In this document: positions 29,365 to 38,997 of the stretch, piece after piece
How the letters are laid out: each line of letters starts with the position of its first letter
Position numbering within the stretch: position 1 is the first letter of the stretch
Origin: Candidatus Eiseniibacteriota bacterium
Lineage (GTDB): Bacteria > Eisenbacteria > RBG-16-71-46
Direction: 5' to 3'
Assembly: GCA_963707915.1 (NCBI GenBank)
Contig: OY970178.1
Coordinates: 2,592,001 to 2,656,000 of the forward strand
Length of the DNA: 64,000 nt
Position numbers and translations under genes: made by a program
The notes under the pieces: model-generated
What the model saw: only the letters and a program-made list of their open reading frames with translations
The model's database searches: none
What the model was told of the DNA's origin: nothing

Positions 29365-29825
29365 ACCTGGACGAAGATCTCGCCGGCGCGGACCGACACC
29401 GGGTAGCTGGGGAGCGGCCGGGGCGGCGGGCCGGCGAGCACGTTGCCCGAGAGGTCGAAGCGCCCGTCGTGGCAGGGACAGACCAGCGTCCGGCGTGCCG
29501 GCTCGTAGCCCAGGATGCAGCGCACGTGGGTGCACACCGCCGAGATGGCGAGCACGCGCGTGGCGTCGAGACGGACCACGTAGAAGGGCATCACCCCGTG
29601 ACGCACGAGACGGCCTTCGCCCACGCGGTAGTCGGCCAGCAGCCCGGCGCTCACGGTGCGCTCGGCGTCGCGCTTCTCGGGGGCCTTGAGGTAGGCGCCC
29701 ACCACGGCGGCGGCGCCGAGCCCCCAGAGGGCGAGGAACGCCTGGGACAGCACGGTGAGGAACCGGCGCCGGTCCGCGGAGGCGGACGCCGGCAGGTGGA
29801 TCGGACGGTCTTCAGGGATCGGCAT
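29361..29825 (-). CDS. Rieske [2Fe-2S] subunit of complex 2
   Basis: Tat DRRRFL + TM; CTHVRC and CPCHDGRF; GPPPRPL. Confidence 0.92.
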   Translation of the reverse strand: MPIPEDRPIHLPASASADRRRFLTVLSQAFLALWGLGAAAVVGAYLKAPEKRDAERTVSAGLLADYRVGEGRLVRHGVMPFYVVRLDATRVLAISAVCTHVRCILGYEPARRTLVCPCHDGRFDLSGNVLAGPPPRPLPSYPVSVRAGEIFVQV

Positions 29826-30065
29826 GGGATCTCCGACGGGGTCGGGGACGCACGTCGCGCGGGCGGGCTGCCGCACCCACTGGCCCGCGGCCGGCCAGTG
29901 CCACGCGCGTGGCGACAAGTCCAGCCGGCATCATAGCCCGTGACTGCCGCCCGGCCAATGCGCCTCGAGTCCCATACGCGGTCCGCCCGGGGCCGCCGTC
30001 GCCGGCCCCACGCCCCGCGGGATTCGCTCGACCTGCCGTCGCATTTGCGTTATGAAGTCCCCATC

Positions 30066-31418
30066 ATGATGACGCCCAGGACCGGAGGGGTCGCACTGGC
30101 CGTGGTGCTCGGGGTCTTCCTGCTGCCGGGCCGCGCCCTTGCCGCGAGCGGCGGCCCCGACCTGGCACCGCTGTTGCTGGCCCTGGTGCTGGTGCTGCTC
30201 GGCGCCCGGCTGGGCGGCGCGCTGGCGGAGAAGCTCGGCCAGCCGCCCGTCCTGGGCGAGTTGCTCGCCGGGATCGTCATCGGCAACCTCGGCCTGCTCG
30301 GCTGGCACGGGGCCGACGGCCTGCCCGGGCTCCCCGGCCTCGAGTTACTGGCGCAGATCGGCGTGATCTTCCTGCTCTTCGAGGTGGGGCTCGCCTCGGA
30401 GGTCGGGCAGATGCTCGCGGTGGGCGGCTCGGCGCTGCTGGTGGCGACGCTGGGCGTGATCGCGCCGATCGGTCTCGGTTTCCTGGTCTCGCACGCGTTC
30501 TTCCCGGCGCACCACCCCCTGACCCACTGGTTCGTCGGCGCCACGCTGTGCGCCACCAGCGTGGGCATCACCGCGCGGGTGCTCGCCGACCTGGGGCGCA
30601 CCGGGAGCCGCGAGGGCCGCATCATCCTCGGGGCGGCGGTGATCGACGACGTGCAGGGGCTGCTGGTGCTCGCGGTGATCACGGGCATCATCGATTCGAT
30701 CGCCGGCGGGCGGCCCTTCGGCGCCGGCGCGGCGCTGCTCATCGTGGCGAAGGCGGTCGCGTTCCTGGTGGTCGCGGTCGTCCTCGGCCGCTCGGTCTCG
30801 AGCCGCGTCTTCCGTCTCGGCGCGCACCTGCGCGGGGAGGGCGTGCTGCTCTCCCTGGCGCTGGCCTTCTGCTTCTCCTCCGCGTGGCTCGCGGGGCTGC
30901 TGGGCCTGGCGCCCATCGTCGGCGCCTTCGCCGCCGGGCTCGTGCTGGACGAGGTCCACTACCGCGACCTGCGGGCGCGCGACCGGGCCCAGCGCGACGT
31001 GCAGACGCTGCTCAAGCCGATCTCCACGTTCCTGGTGCCGGTCTTCTTCGTCCTCATGGGGATGCGCGTGGACCTCTCGGTGTTCGGCCGGGCCGGCATC
31101 CTGGGCTTCACCGCCGCGCTCGTCGCGGTCGCGCTGGTGAGCAAGCAGGCCTGCTCCCTGGGCGTGCTGGACCGGGGGACCGACCGGCTGGCGGTGGGGC
31201 TGGGCATGATCCCGCGCGGCGAGGTCGGGCTCATCTTCGCGGGGATCGGGAGCGGGCTGATGATCGGCGCCGAGCGCGTCGTGGACCCGACGATATTCTC
31301 TGCCGTGGTCGCCATGGTCGCCGCGACCACGTTGCTCACACCACCGCTGCTGGCGTGGCGGTTGAGGCGGTTGCCACTCGAGCCCGGATCGACGCAGGGC
31401 GGTCCTTCCGGGGGTTGA
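30066..31418 (+). CDS. Cation:proton antiporter (CPA2, NapA/KefB-like)
   Basis: GQPPVLGELLAG, LLFEVGL, ATSVGITARVL, AAVIDD, GAFAAG, GMIPRGEV. Confidence 0.92.
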   Translation: MMTPRTGGVALAVVLGVFLLPGRALAASGGPDLAPLLLALVLVLLGARLGGALAEKLGQPPVLGELLAGIVIGNLGLLGWHGADGLPGLPGLELLAQIGVIFLLFEVGLASEVGQMLAVGGSALLVATLGVIAPIGLGFLVSHAFFPAHHPLTHWFVGATLCATSVGITARVLADLGRTGSREGRIILGAAVIDDVQGLLVLAVITGIIDSIAGGRPFGAGAALLIVAKAVAFLVVAVVLGRSVSSRVFRLGAHLRGEGVLLSLALAFCFSSAWLAGLLGLAPIVGAFAAGLVLDEVHYRDLRARDRAQRDVQTLLKPISTFLVPVFFVLMGMRVDLSVFGRAGILGFTAALVAVALVSKQACSLGVLDRGTDRLAVGLGMIPRGEVGLIFAGIGSGLMIGAERVVDPTIFSAVVAMVAATTLLTPPLLAWRLRRLPLEPGSTQGGPSGG

Positions 31419-31470
31419 AGACGCGCCGGACCGGGGGCCGCCGGGCTGCTGCCCGCGCGCTCGAGGGCCG

Positions 31471-32112
31471 GTGAGAAAGGCTGGGGTCGCGAAGATGACC
31501 AACCATGGCGGTCGATCGTTCCGGGGCATCATCTCGTTGCTGGAATGGATCCTGAAGAAGGTCGGGGGGCCCGACGGGTGGCGGCCGGCGGGTGCCATCC
31601 GCGCGCTTCCCCCCTCCGCGCTCGTCTACGACCTGCAGGACGGCCCGCGGGCGGAGGAGGTGTTCCGGATGCTCGCGGTCCTCGGCTTCGACCCCCGGCG
31701 CGTGCCGGTCGACGGCTCGGCGGGGGAGGTCCACGAGACCTGCCGGACGATCTCCCGCGGCACCGAGGACTGCTGGGCCACGTTCGTCCTCGAACCCCTG
31801 GACGAGGCCAACGCCCGGATCCTCGGCCCGGCCTTCCGGCAATTCGCCCACCTGCATCCCGACGTGGTGGCTGTCGTCGTCGGGCCGCTGCCCAGCCGCT
31901 CGGAGATCCTCGACCGCTACCGCCACGTGGTGACGGCGGACGACGGCAGCGTCTCGTCCGACGAGCTCGCCGCGGGCGTGGCTCACGCCAGCGCGGCGCG
32001 CGTCCTCCACAGCGCGCGGCTGGTGAACGCGGCGGTCATGTTCTTCGCGTTCGTGGCGGTGGTCTTCGGCGTCGCGCTGGCCTGGGTCGCGGGGCTCGTC
32101 ACGTCCCGGTGA
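31471..32112 (+). CDS. Hypothetical protein with C-terminal TM helix
   Basis: 213-aa ORF with plausible codon usage filling the gap between genes; start uncertain (31471 or 31495). Confidence 0.45.
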   Translation: MRKAGVAKMTNHGGRSFRGIISLLEWILKKVGGPDGWRPAGAIRALPPSALVYDLQDGPRAEEVFRMLAVLGFDPRRVPVDGSAGEVHETCRTISRGTEDCWATFVLEPLDEANARILGPAFRQFAHLHPDVVAVVVGPLPSRSEILDRYRHVVTADDGSVSSDELAAGVAHASAARVLHSARLVNAAVMFFAFVAVVFGVALAWVAGLVTSR

Positions 32113-32185
32113 GCCCTGCCGCCCGCCCGCGGGGGCGGGTGAAGTCCGCCCCGCCGGCCGGCGCACGGCCCGTCGTCACCGGCCG

Positions 32186-33364
32186 TCAGCGCGCCCGTGC
32201 CCCGGGCGGGCCCGGACCGGAGTCCCCCGCGCGCGCGGCCGCGCCGAAGCGCGCCACGACCCAGACCAGGAAGGTGTGGGCGAAGGCGAAGTAGGAGATG
32301 TCGAAGTCGTCCTGGACCAGGATGTAGTTCCAGCCCTGGAGCGCGACGGACCAGGCGAACAGCGCGGCGATCACGCCGAACAGGATCCACACGACCCCGA
32401 GCCATGCCTGCAGGGCCGAGCGCGCCAGCCCGCCCCACGCCAGCGCCGCGGCGAGGACCCCCGCCAGCAACGGCCGGGGGATGTACTGGAGCTGCATGGC
32501 GAAGGGCCCGAATTGCGCGAAGCGGCGCGCGTCCCAGAGCACGAACGGCGCCAGCGTCGCCAGGAAGGTGACCGCGCACCACGCCGCCGTGACGGCCCCG
32601 GCGCGCAGGTCGCCGCGGTAGCGCCACGGCAGGAAGACCGCGTAGGCCAGCCCGACGATCCCGCGGGTGGACAGCAGCAGCCCCGCGGCGATGCCCCGCC
32701 ACGCGGCGGCCGCGGGCCGCGCGTCCCGCTCGATCCAGGCGAGGAAGAGCAGCACGAGCGTCATGTTGCTGAACAACTCGCTGCGCGTGACGACCTCGTA
32801 GAGGAAGAGCGGCGCGGCGAGCAGCAGGCCGAGCGCGAACCACGCCGTCTCCGGGTGCGCGCGCGCGGCGCGGTGGCAGGCCCAGGCGAACGCCGCGAAG
32901 GCCGCCACCTGGAGGAGGCCGAGGTCGCCGAGCAGGTAGAAGGGCAGCGCGACCAGGAACAGCACGGGGAACGCGGACGGCAGCACGGCCGAGGCGTACG
33001 GGAAGCGGCCGTGGAGCAGGTGGCCGAGCCACTCGCGGATCGCGGGGTAGCGCGTCACCCGCAGGGACTCCGGGTCGAACCGCGTCATGAGCAGCGCCAG
33101 GGCGATCGCGGCGACGGTGGCGACGACGGCGAAGCCCCGGCCGCCGCGGTCGCGTCGCGCGCACGCCCGCGCGAGGCGCGGACCCGCCAGCCACAGCGTG
33201 GCCGCGAAGGCCACGTAGAGGGCGGCGGCCAGCAGGCCGTGCCCGCCGGCGCGCTGCGGGTACTTGTAGGCGAACGGGACGTTGGCGGCGACGTAGAGCC
33301 CGGCGAGCGCGAACCGCGCGCCGCGGCCGAGGCGTTCGGGCGTGGGGATGGTGGCGCTCCTCAT
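32186..33364 (-). CDS. Polytopic membrane protein, possible GT-C (GT87-like) glycosyltransferase
   Basis: About 10 TM helices; G.FPY, PSAFP, RSEL, LAPFVLWD motifs. Confidence 0.5.
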   Translation of the reverse strand: MRSATIPTPERLGRGARFALAGLYVAANVPFAYKYPQRAGGHGLLAAALYVAFAATLWLAGPRLARACARRDRGGRGFAVVATVAAIALALLMTRFDPESLRVTRYPAIREWLGHLLHGRFPYASAVLPSAFPVLFLVALPFYLLGDLGLLQVAAFAAFAWACHRAARAHPETAWFALGLLLAAPLFLYEVVTRSELFSNMTLVLLFLAWIERDARPAAAAWRGIAAGLLLSTRGIVGLAYAVFLPWRYRGDLRAGAVTAAWCAVTFLATLAPFVLWDARRFAQFGPFAMQLQYIPRPLLAGVLAAALAWGGLARSALQAWLGVVWILFGVIAALFAWSVALQGWNYILVQDDFDISYFAFAHTFLVWVVARFGAAARAGDSGPGPPGARAR

Positions 33365-33695
33365 CGGGTGCGGGCTCCGGAGACCGCCGCCGGCCGCGCC
33401 GTGCGGTCGTCGGCCTGCGCGTCGCGCGCCGACGCGTTCGGCGCGCGCCCGGCGGGAGACGGCGTCCGCGCTCGCGATCCGGGCGCAGGGCAGACTACGA
33501 CCCGTGCGCGGCCGGTGTCCATGCCGTGGGCGGAGGCGGTCGGGCGGCCGTCCTCCGCAGTACCGGGGGCGGTCGTCCGGTCTGCGCGGACCGGCGCGAC
33601 GGCGGCGGGCTGTGGACGGCGGTCGGGAACGAGGTTAGGTTCGCGGCCGCACGCATTGGAATCCCTTCCCATCCGTCCCACGCCGAGGTGAGCCC

Positions 33696-36421
33696 GTGCC
33701 ACGATTCCGACTCTCGCCCATGGTGGTGATCGCGGCCCTCGCGGCCGTCTTCTTCGCGTTCCCGGCCTTCACCGGCCTGCTCACCGACTGGTGGTGGTTC
33801 CGGGAGATCGGCTACCAGGTGGTCTTCACCCGGGAGATCCTCACGCGCTCCCTGATCTTCCTGGTCGTCGGGGCGGTCACCACCGTCACGCTCTACCTGA
33901 ACCTGTGGATCGCGCAGCGCCGTCGCGTGGTCCCCCCCGTGTTCATCGAGGTCGGGCCGGCGGCGCCGCAACTGGACCTGACGCGGGCGCTGCGCCGCCT
34001 GAGCCTGCCGGTCTCGCTGGTCCTGGGCCTGCTGGCCGGGCTCGGCGCGGCGCCGGCGTGGGAACTCGTGCTCGGGGCGGTCTACCGCACCCCGTTCGGG
34101 ACCACGGACCCGGTCTTCCTGCGCGACATCGGCTTCTACGTGTTCACGCTGCCCGCGCTCTCGGCCGCGCTGGGCTTCCTCTCCAGTCTCGCGATCGGCT
34201 GCCTGGTCCTGCTCCTGCCCGTCTACCTGCTGCGGGGCGACATCCACGCGAGCCCTCCGCTGTTCCGCATCGAGCGGCCGGCGGGGCTGCACCTCGCCGT
34301 CGTGCTCGCGGTGCAGTTCCTGCTCATGGCCGCGCGGTCGTGGATGGTGGACGTGCCCGGGCTGCTGTACTCGTCCACCGGGCCGCTGGTCGGGGCGAGC
34401 TACACCGACCTGATGGCGCGACTTCCGGCGCTGCGCGTCTCGGCGATCGCGGCGGTGGCCGCCGCCGCCCTGGTGGTGGTCGGCGGCCTGCGGGGACGGC
34501 TGCTGCGCAGCGCGCTGGTGGCGGTCGGCGGTTTCGCGATCGTGTCCATCCTCGGGGGCGTCGTCTTCCCGCAGGTGATGCAGAAGTTCGTGGTGGCGCC
34601 CACCGAACTGACCCGGGAGACGCCCTACCTGCGCTACCACATCGCCGCGACCCGGCTGGCGTGGGGGCTGGACAGTGTCGAGGTCCGCGAACTGGCCGCC
34701 GATTCCAACCTGTCGCTGGCCGACATCCGCGCCAATGCGCCGACCATCGAGAACGTCCGCCTGTGGGAGCGCGAGCCGCTGCTGCAGACCTTCGGGCAGC
34801 TCCAGGAGATGCGCACCTACTACGACTTCGTCTCGGTGGACGACGACCGGTACTGGATCGACGGGCGGTACCGGCAGGTGCTGCTCTCGCCGCGCGAGCT
34901 CAACGCCGCGTCGCTGCCGACGCGCACCTTCATCAACGAGCACCTGACGTTCACGCACGGGATGGGGCTCACCCTCAGCCCGGTCAACCAGGTGACCAGC
35001 GAGGGCCTGCCGGTCCTGTTCGTGAAGGACCTCCCGCCCAGCTCGAGCGTGTCGCTGAAGGTCACGCGGCCCCAGATCTACTACGGCGAGCTGACCGACT
35101 CGTACGTCTTCACCGGCACCCGGCAGCGCGAGTTCGACTCCCCCTCGGGCGAGGAGAACGTCTACGCCGCTTACCGGGGCACCGGGGGCGTGCGCGTCGG
35201 CGGCGCGTGGCGCCGCCTGCTGCTCGCCGCGCGGTTCGGCTCCTCGAACATCCTGTTCTCGCAGGACATCGTCGGCGACAGCCGGGTGCTCTACCACCGC
35301 AACATCAAGGTGCGCGCGGCGAAGGCGCTCCCGTTCCTCCGCTTCGATCGCGATCCCTATATCGTGATCGCGTCCGACGGCACGCTCCAGTGGATCCTCG
35401 ACGCCTACACCCGCTCGAGCCGCTATCCCTACGCGCAGCGACTCGACGACGGCACGAACTACATGCGCAACAGCGTGAAGGTCGTCATCGACGCGTACGA
35501 CGGCTCGCTGAAGGCCTACGTCAGCTGCGCCGGGTGACCCGCTGATCCGCACCTGGGCCCGCATCTTCCCGGGGATCTTCGCGCCGCTGGACAGCATGCC
35601 GGCCGACCTGCGCGCGCACCTCCGCTACCCGGACGACCTCTTCCGCACGCAGACCGCCCTCTACACGACGTACCACATGCAGGCGCCGGAGGACTTCTAC
35701 CACCGCGAGGACCAGTGGCAGATCCCCACCGGCGACCCGGCGACCGGGGCGGTGCCGTTCATGCGCCACATCATCATGCGGCTGCCGGCAGGAATCGGCC
35801 GCCGAGTTCGTGTACATGGTGCCGTTCACTCCGCGGGGCAAGGACAACCTGGCGGCGTGGATGGTGGCGCGGAACGACGGCGCCGAGTACGGGAAGCTGC
35901 GGGTGTACCGGCTGTCACGGCAGAGCCTGGTGTTCGGCCCGACGCAGATCAAGAACCGGATCAACCAGAACACGGACATCTCGCGCCAGGTCTCGCTGTG
36001 GGACCAGCGCGGCTCCCAGGTCATCCGCGGGGACTTGCTGGTGATCCCGATCGAGGCCTCGCTGCTCTACGTGCAGCCGCTCTACCTGCGTGCGGAAGGC
36101 GGGCGCATCCCCGAGCTCAAGCGCGTGGTGGTCGCCTACCAGAACCAGGTGGTGATGTCCGAGACCCTCGACGGCGCGCTGACCGAGTTGTTCGGCGGCT
36201 CCGCCGGGACGCCCGCCCGGGCGGGCGCGGCGGTCGCGGCCCCGGCGGGCGCGGCGCCGGGGGGCGACGCGTCGTTCCAGGCGGCGGTGGTGGAGGCGCG
36301 GCGGCGCTACCAGAGCGCGCTGCAGGCGCAGCGCGAGGGCGACTGGGCCCGCTACGGGGAGGAGATCAGGCGGCTGGGCGAGCTGCTCGAGCGGCTCGGG
36401 GCCGGGGGCCCGCGGCGGTAG
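33696..36421 (+). pseudogene. UPF0182 family membrane protein interrupted by two +1 frameshifts (pseudogene or sequence error)
   Basis: TDWWWF, DPVF..DIGFYVF.LP, NVRLW, DDDRY, YYGE, NYMRNSVKVVIDAYDG; continues in a second frame ([19 protein letters not shown]) and a third ([32 protein letters not shown]). Confidence 0.85.
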
Positions 36422-36470
36422 CGGACGGGCGGCCCGGCGCCGGCGAGGCCGTGCGCCGGGCCCGTCCCGG

Positions 36471-38162
36471 TCAGAAGTCCTCGAAGCCGTCCGCGTCGCC
36501 GTCCGTCCCGGTGGCCGCGAGCCGCACCGGCGCGGACCTCGGCAGGGGAACCACGCGGGCGGCGGTCGCCGGCGCGGACGTCGCCGCCTCCGCCAACGCC
36601 CGATCGGCCAGCGTGAAGCGACCGACCTGGCGGCGCAGCTCGTCGGCCTGCCCGGCCAGCGTGTGGGCGGTGCTGTCGAGCTCCTCGGTCTGACCGGCGG
36701 ACTGCTGGGTGACGCGGTCCATCTGCTCCACCGCGCGGCTCACCTGTCCGATGCCGTGCGCCTGCTCGGCGGACGCCGCGGCGATGCCCGCCACCAGGTC
36801 CGCGACCTGCTTCACCTCGCCGACGATCGTGGTCAGCGTCTCGCCCGAACGGTCGACCAGGACGCTGCCCCGTTCGACCTGCGACACCGCGTCGGCGATG
36901 ACGCTCTTGATCTCCTTCGAGGCGGTCTTGGAGCGCTGCGCCAGCGCGCGCACCTCGCTGGCGACCACCGCGAAGCTGCGCCCCTGCTCGCCCGCCCGCG
37001 CCGCCTCCACCGCGGCGTTGAGCGCCAGCAGGTTGATCTGGAAGGCGATCTCGTCGATGGTCCCGCTGATGTCGCCGATGCGGTGCGACGCGGTGGTGAT
37101 CCCCGACATCGCTTCGACCGCGGCGCGCACGACCTGCCCGCCCGCCTCCGCCCGGTCGCGCGTGTGGGCGGCGAGCTGCTTGGCCTGCTGCGCGTGCTCG
37201 GAGTTGGCGCGCACCGTTTCGGTCATGGCCTGGAGCGAAGCCGTGGTCTGTTCGAGCGCGGCCGCCTGCTCCTGGCTGCCCGAGGCGAGCGTGGCCGCGC
37301 GCCGGGCCACGCCGTTCGACGCCACCTGCACCGCCCCGATCGTTCCGGCCAGCTCGCCCAGCACCGATGCGACCTGCACGCGCGTGTCCTCGATGGCCGC
37401 GGCGATGCGCCCGATCTCGGCCACCGCCCGCACCTTCAACGGCCGCGAGAAGTCGCCGCGGGCGAGCGGCTCGACCGCGGGCAGGAGCGCCGCCACCGGA
37501 CGCTTCACCGTGCCGGCGATCACCCAGAGCAGGCCGAGGATGGCGCACGTCATGATGAGCGCGAGCAGGCCGACCGCCTTGAAGGCGTCGGCGCGCGCGG
37601 TCGCCATGGCGCTGCCGAGCGGGACCTCGACCACCAGGGCCCCCATCGGGCGGCCCAGGGCGAGGCGGTGCTGGACCTGGCCCAGTTGCGAGGCATGGCA
37701 GTCCACGCACATCTGGACCACGGCGTTCTCCGCGCGGACGTACGACAGCGTGGGCTCGCCCTTCACGACGTGGACGCGGGAAGGCTCGCTCCGGGGATCG
37801 GCGAGCAGCCGCTCCAGGGCCCGGGTCTCGAACTCGTCCCGGGGCTTGTGCTCGGGATTGAGCGGCCACAGGCCCAGGGCGCTGACGCCGTAGAGGCCCT
37901 GGCCGTTCACGCTCATGCCGATCTCGTGGATGAACATCGGGTCGAGCCCGGCCGACTCCATCTGGCGGCTGTACTGCTCGCGGTCCTGCGCGATCTGGTA
38001 GGCGATCGACCGGGCCGACTGCCGCGCCTGGCTCTCGATGGTGCGGCGGGACTCGATCATGAGGTAGGCGGCGCCGAGCAGCGTGATGAGCGCCCCGCCG
38101 ATGACCACGGGCACCATCAGTCGGGTCGAGATCGAGTCCCGGAGAACGTCCAGCCTGATCAT
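36471..38162 (-). CDS. Methyl-accepting chemotaxis protein with a periplasmic heme c (DUF3365/Tll0287-like) sensor
   Basis: TM-sensor(PLNPEHKP.DEFE; CVDCH)-TM-HAMP-MCP (IAFQINLLALNAAVEAARAGEQGRSFAVVASEVR); C-terminal GFEDF. Confidence 0.92.
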   Translation of the reverse strand: MIRLDVLRDSISTRLMVPVVIGGALITLLGAAYLMIESRRTIESQARQSARSIAYQIAQDREQYSRQMESAGLDPMFIHEIGMSVNGQGLYGVSALGLWPLNPEHKPRDEFETRALERLLADPRSEPSRVHVVKGEPTLSYVRAENAVVQMCVDCHASQLGQVQHRLALGRPMGALVVEVPLGSAMATARADAFKAVGLLALIMTCAILGLLWVIAGTVKRPVAALLPAVEPLARGDFSRPLKVRAVAEIGRIAAAIEDTRVQVASVLGELAGTIGAVQVASNGVARRAATLASGSQEQAAALEQTTASLQAMTETVRANSEHAQQAKQLAAHTRDRAEAGGQVVRAAVEAMSGITTASHRIGDISGTIDEIAFQINLLALNAAVEAARAGEQGRSFAVVASEVRALAQRSKTASKEIKSVIADAVSQVERGSVLVDRSGETLTTIVGEVKQVADLVAGIAAASAEQAHGIGQVSRAVEQMDRVTQQSAGQTEELDSTAHTLAGQADELRRQVGRFTLADRALAEAATSAPATAARVVPLPRSAPVRLAATGTDGDADGFEDF

Positions 38163-38454
38163 GTGGGGGCCCTCTGCGTGTCGCATGCCACGGCGCGCCG
38201 CGCCCAATGCGCGGCCCAGCCGGGCTCCGTCCCTCCAAGTCTCGGTCGGTCCGGCCGGAACCTGAAGAGCCCGCCTGCCGCCCCGGGGGAGGAGGGCTTC
38301 CCCGGCGGCCGGGCCGCCGGCGGTTCACCTCCCCGCGCCCCCTGTGCGAGAATGGCGCCTCGTCGGGCCGCAGCCCGGGAGCGCCGGCGCGCGGTTGCCC
38401 CACGGGGCGCGGGGGCCGCCGGCTCCCGCACCGATGCCCATCCAGGAGGTGGCG

Positions 38455-38895
38455 ATGAGCCGAGTCGCGGACGTGCTTTCGCACAAGGGTCGTGAGGTCC
38501 ACACCGTCGGGCGCGAGACCACCACCTTCGAGGCGCTCGAGAAGATGGTCCGGCACAACGTCGGCGCCCTGGTGGTCACCGAGGGGGACGCCACGGTCGG
38601 GATCTTCACCGAGCGCGACTTCCTGAGGCGCGTCGTGCTCCAGGGGCGTGACCCGAAGGTCACGCGGGTGCGCGAGGTCATGACCGAGCGCCTGGTCTGC
38701 ACCGACCCCGACCGGCCGGTGGAGGAATGCATGGCCGTGATGACCCAGGAGCGCATCCGCCACCTGCCCGTGGTCGTCGCCGGGAAACTGGCGGGGATCG
38801 TCTCCATCGGGGACGTGGTCCGGCACCTCTCGGCCGAGCGCCACGTCGAGATCCGCTACCTCACGGACTACATCACCGGCAAGTACCCCGGCTGA
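38455..38895 (+). CDS. CBS-domain pair protein
   Basis: RBS AGGAGG; VGALVV, GIFTERD, V.EVMT, IRHLPVV, GIVSIGDVV. Confidence 0.92.
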   Translation: MSRVADVLSHKGREVHTVGRETTTFEALEKMVRHNVGALVVTEGDATVGIFTERDFLRRVVLQGRDPKVTRVREVMTERLVCTDPDRPVEECMAVMTQERIRHLPVVVAGKLAGIVSIGDVVRHLSAERHVEIRYLTDYITGKYPG

Positions 38896-38997
38896 GCCGC
38901 GCACGATGACGCTCACCGCGGGCGGTGCGGGCTTCGCGGCACGCGCCGCGGCGGGGCGCGCGTCCGCCGCAAGGCCCGCCGCAGCGGACGACGCGGC

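Noticed and set aside
12929..29825. Interpreting the island as an anammox, nitrite-ammonifying or sulfur-reducing pathway
   Set aside because: No hydrazine synthase, CxxCK NrfA, molybdopterin subunit or Dsr genes are visible in the window.
38175..38190. GG-N10-GC motif (TGGCATGCGACACGCA) upstream of the MCP
   Set aside because: Lacks the TTGC -12 element and lies almost on the start codon; chance matches are common in GC-rich DNA.
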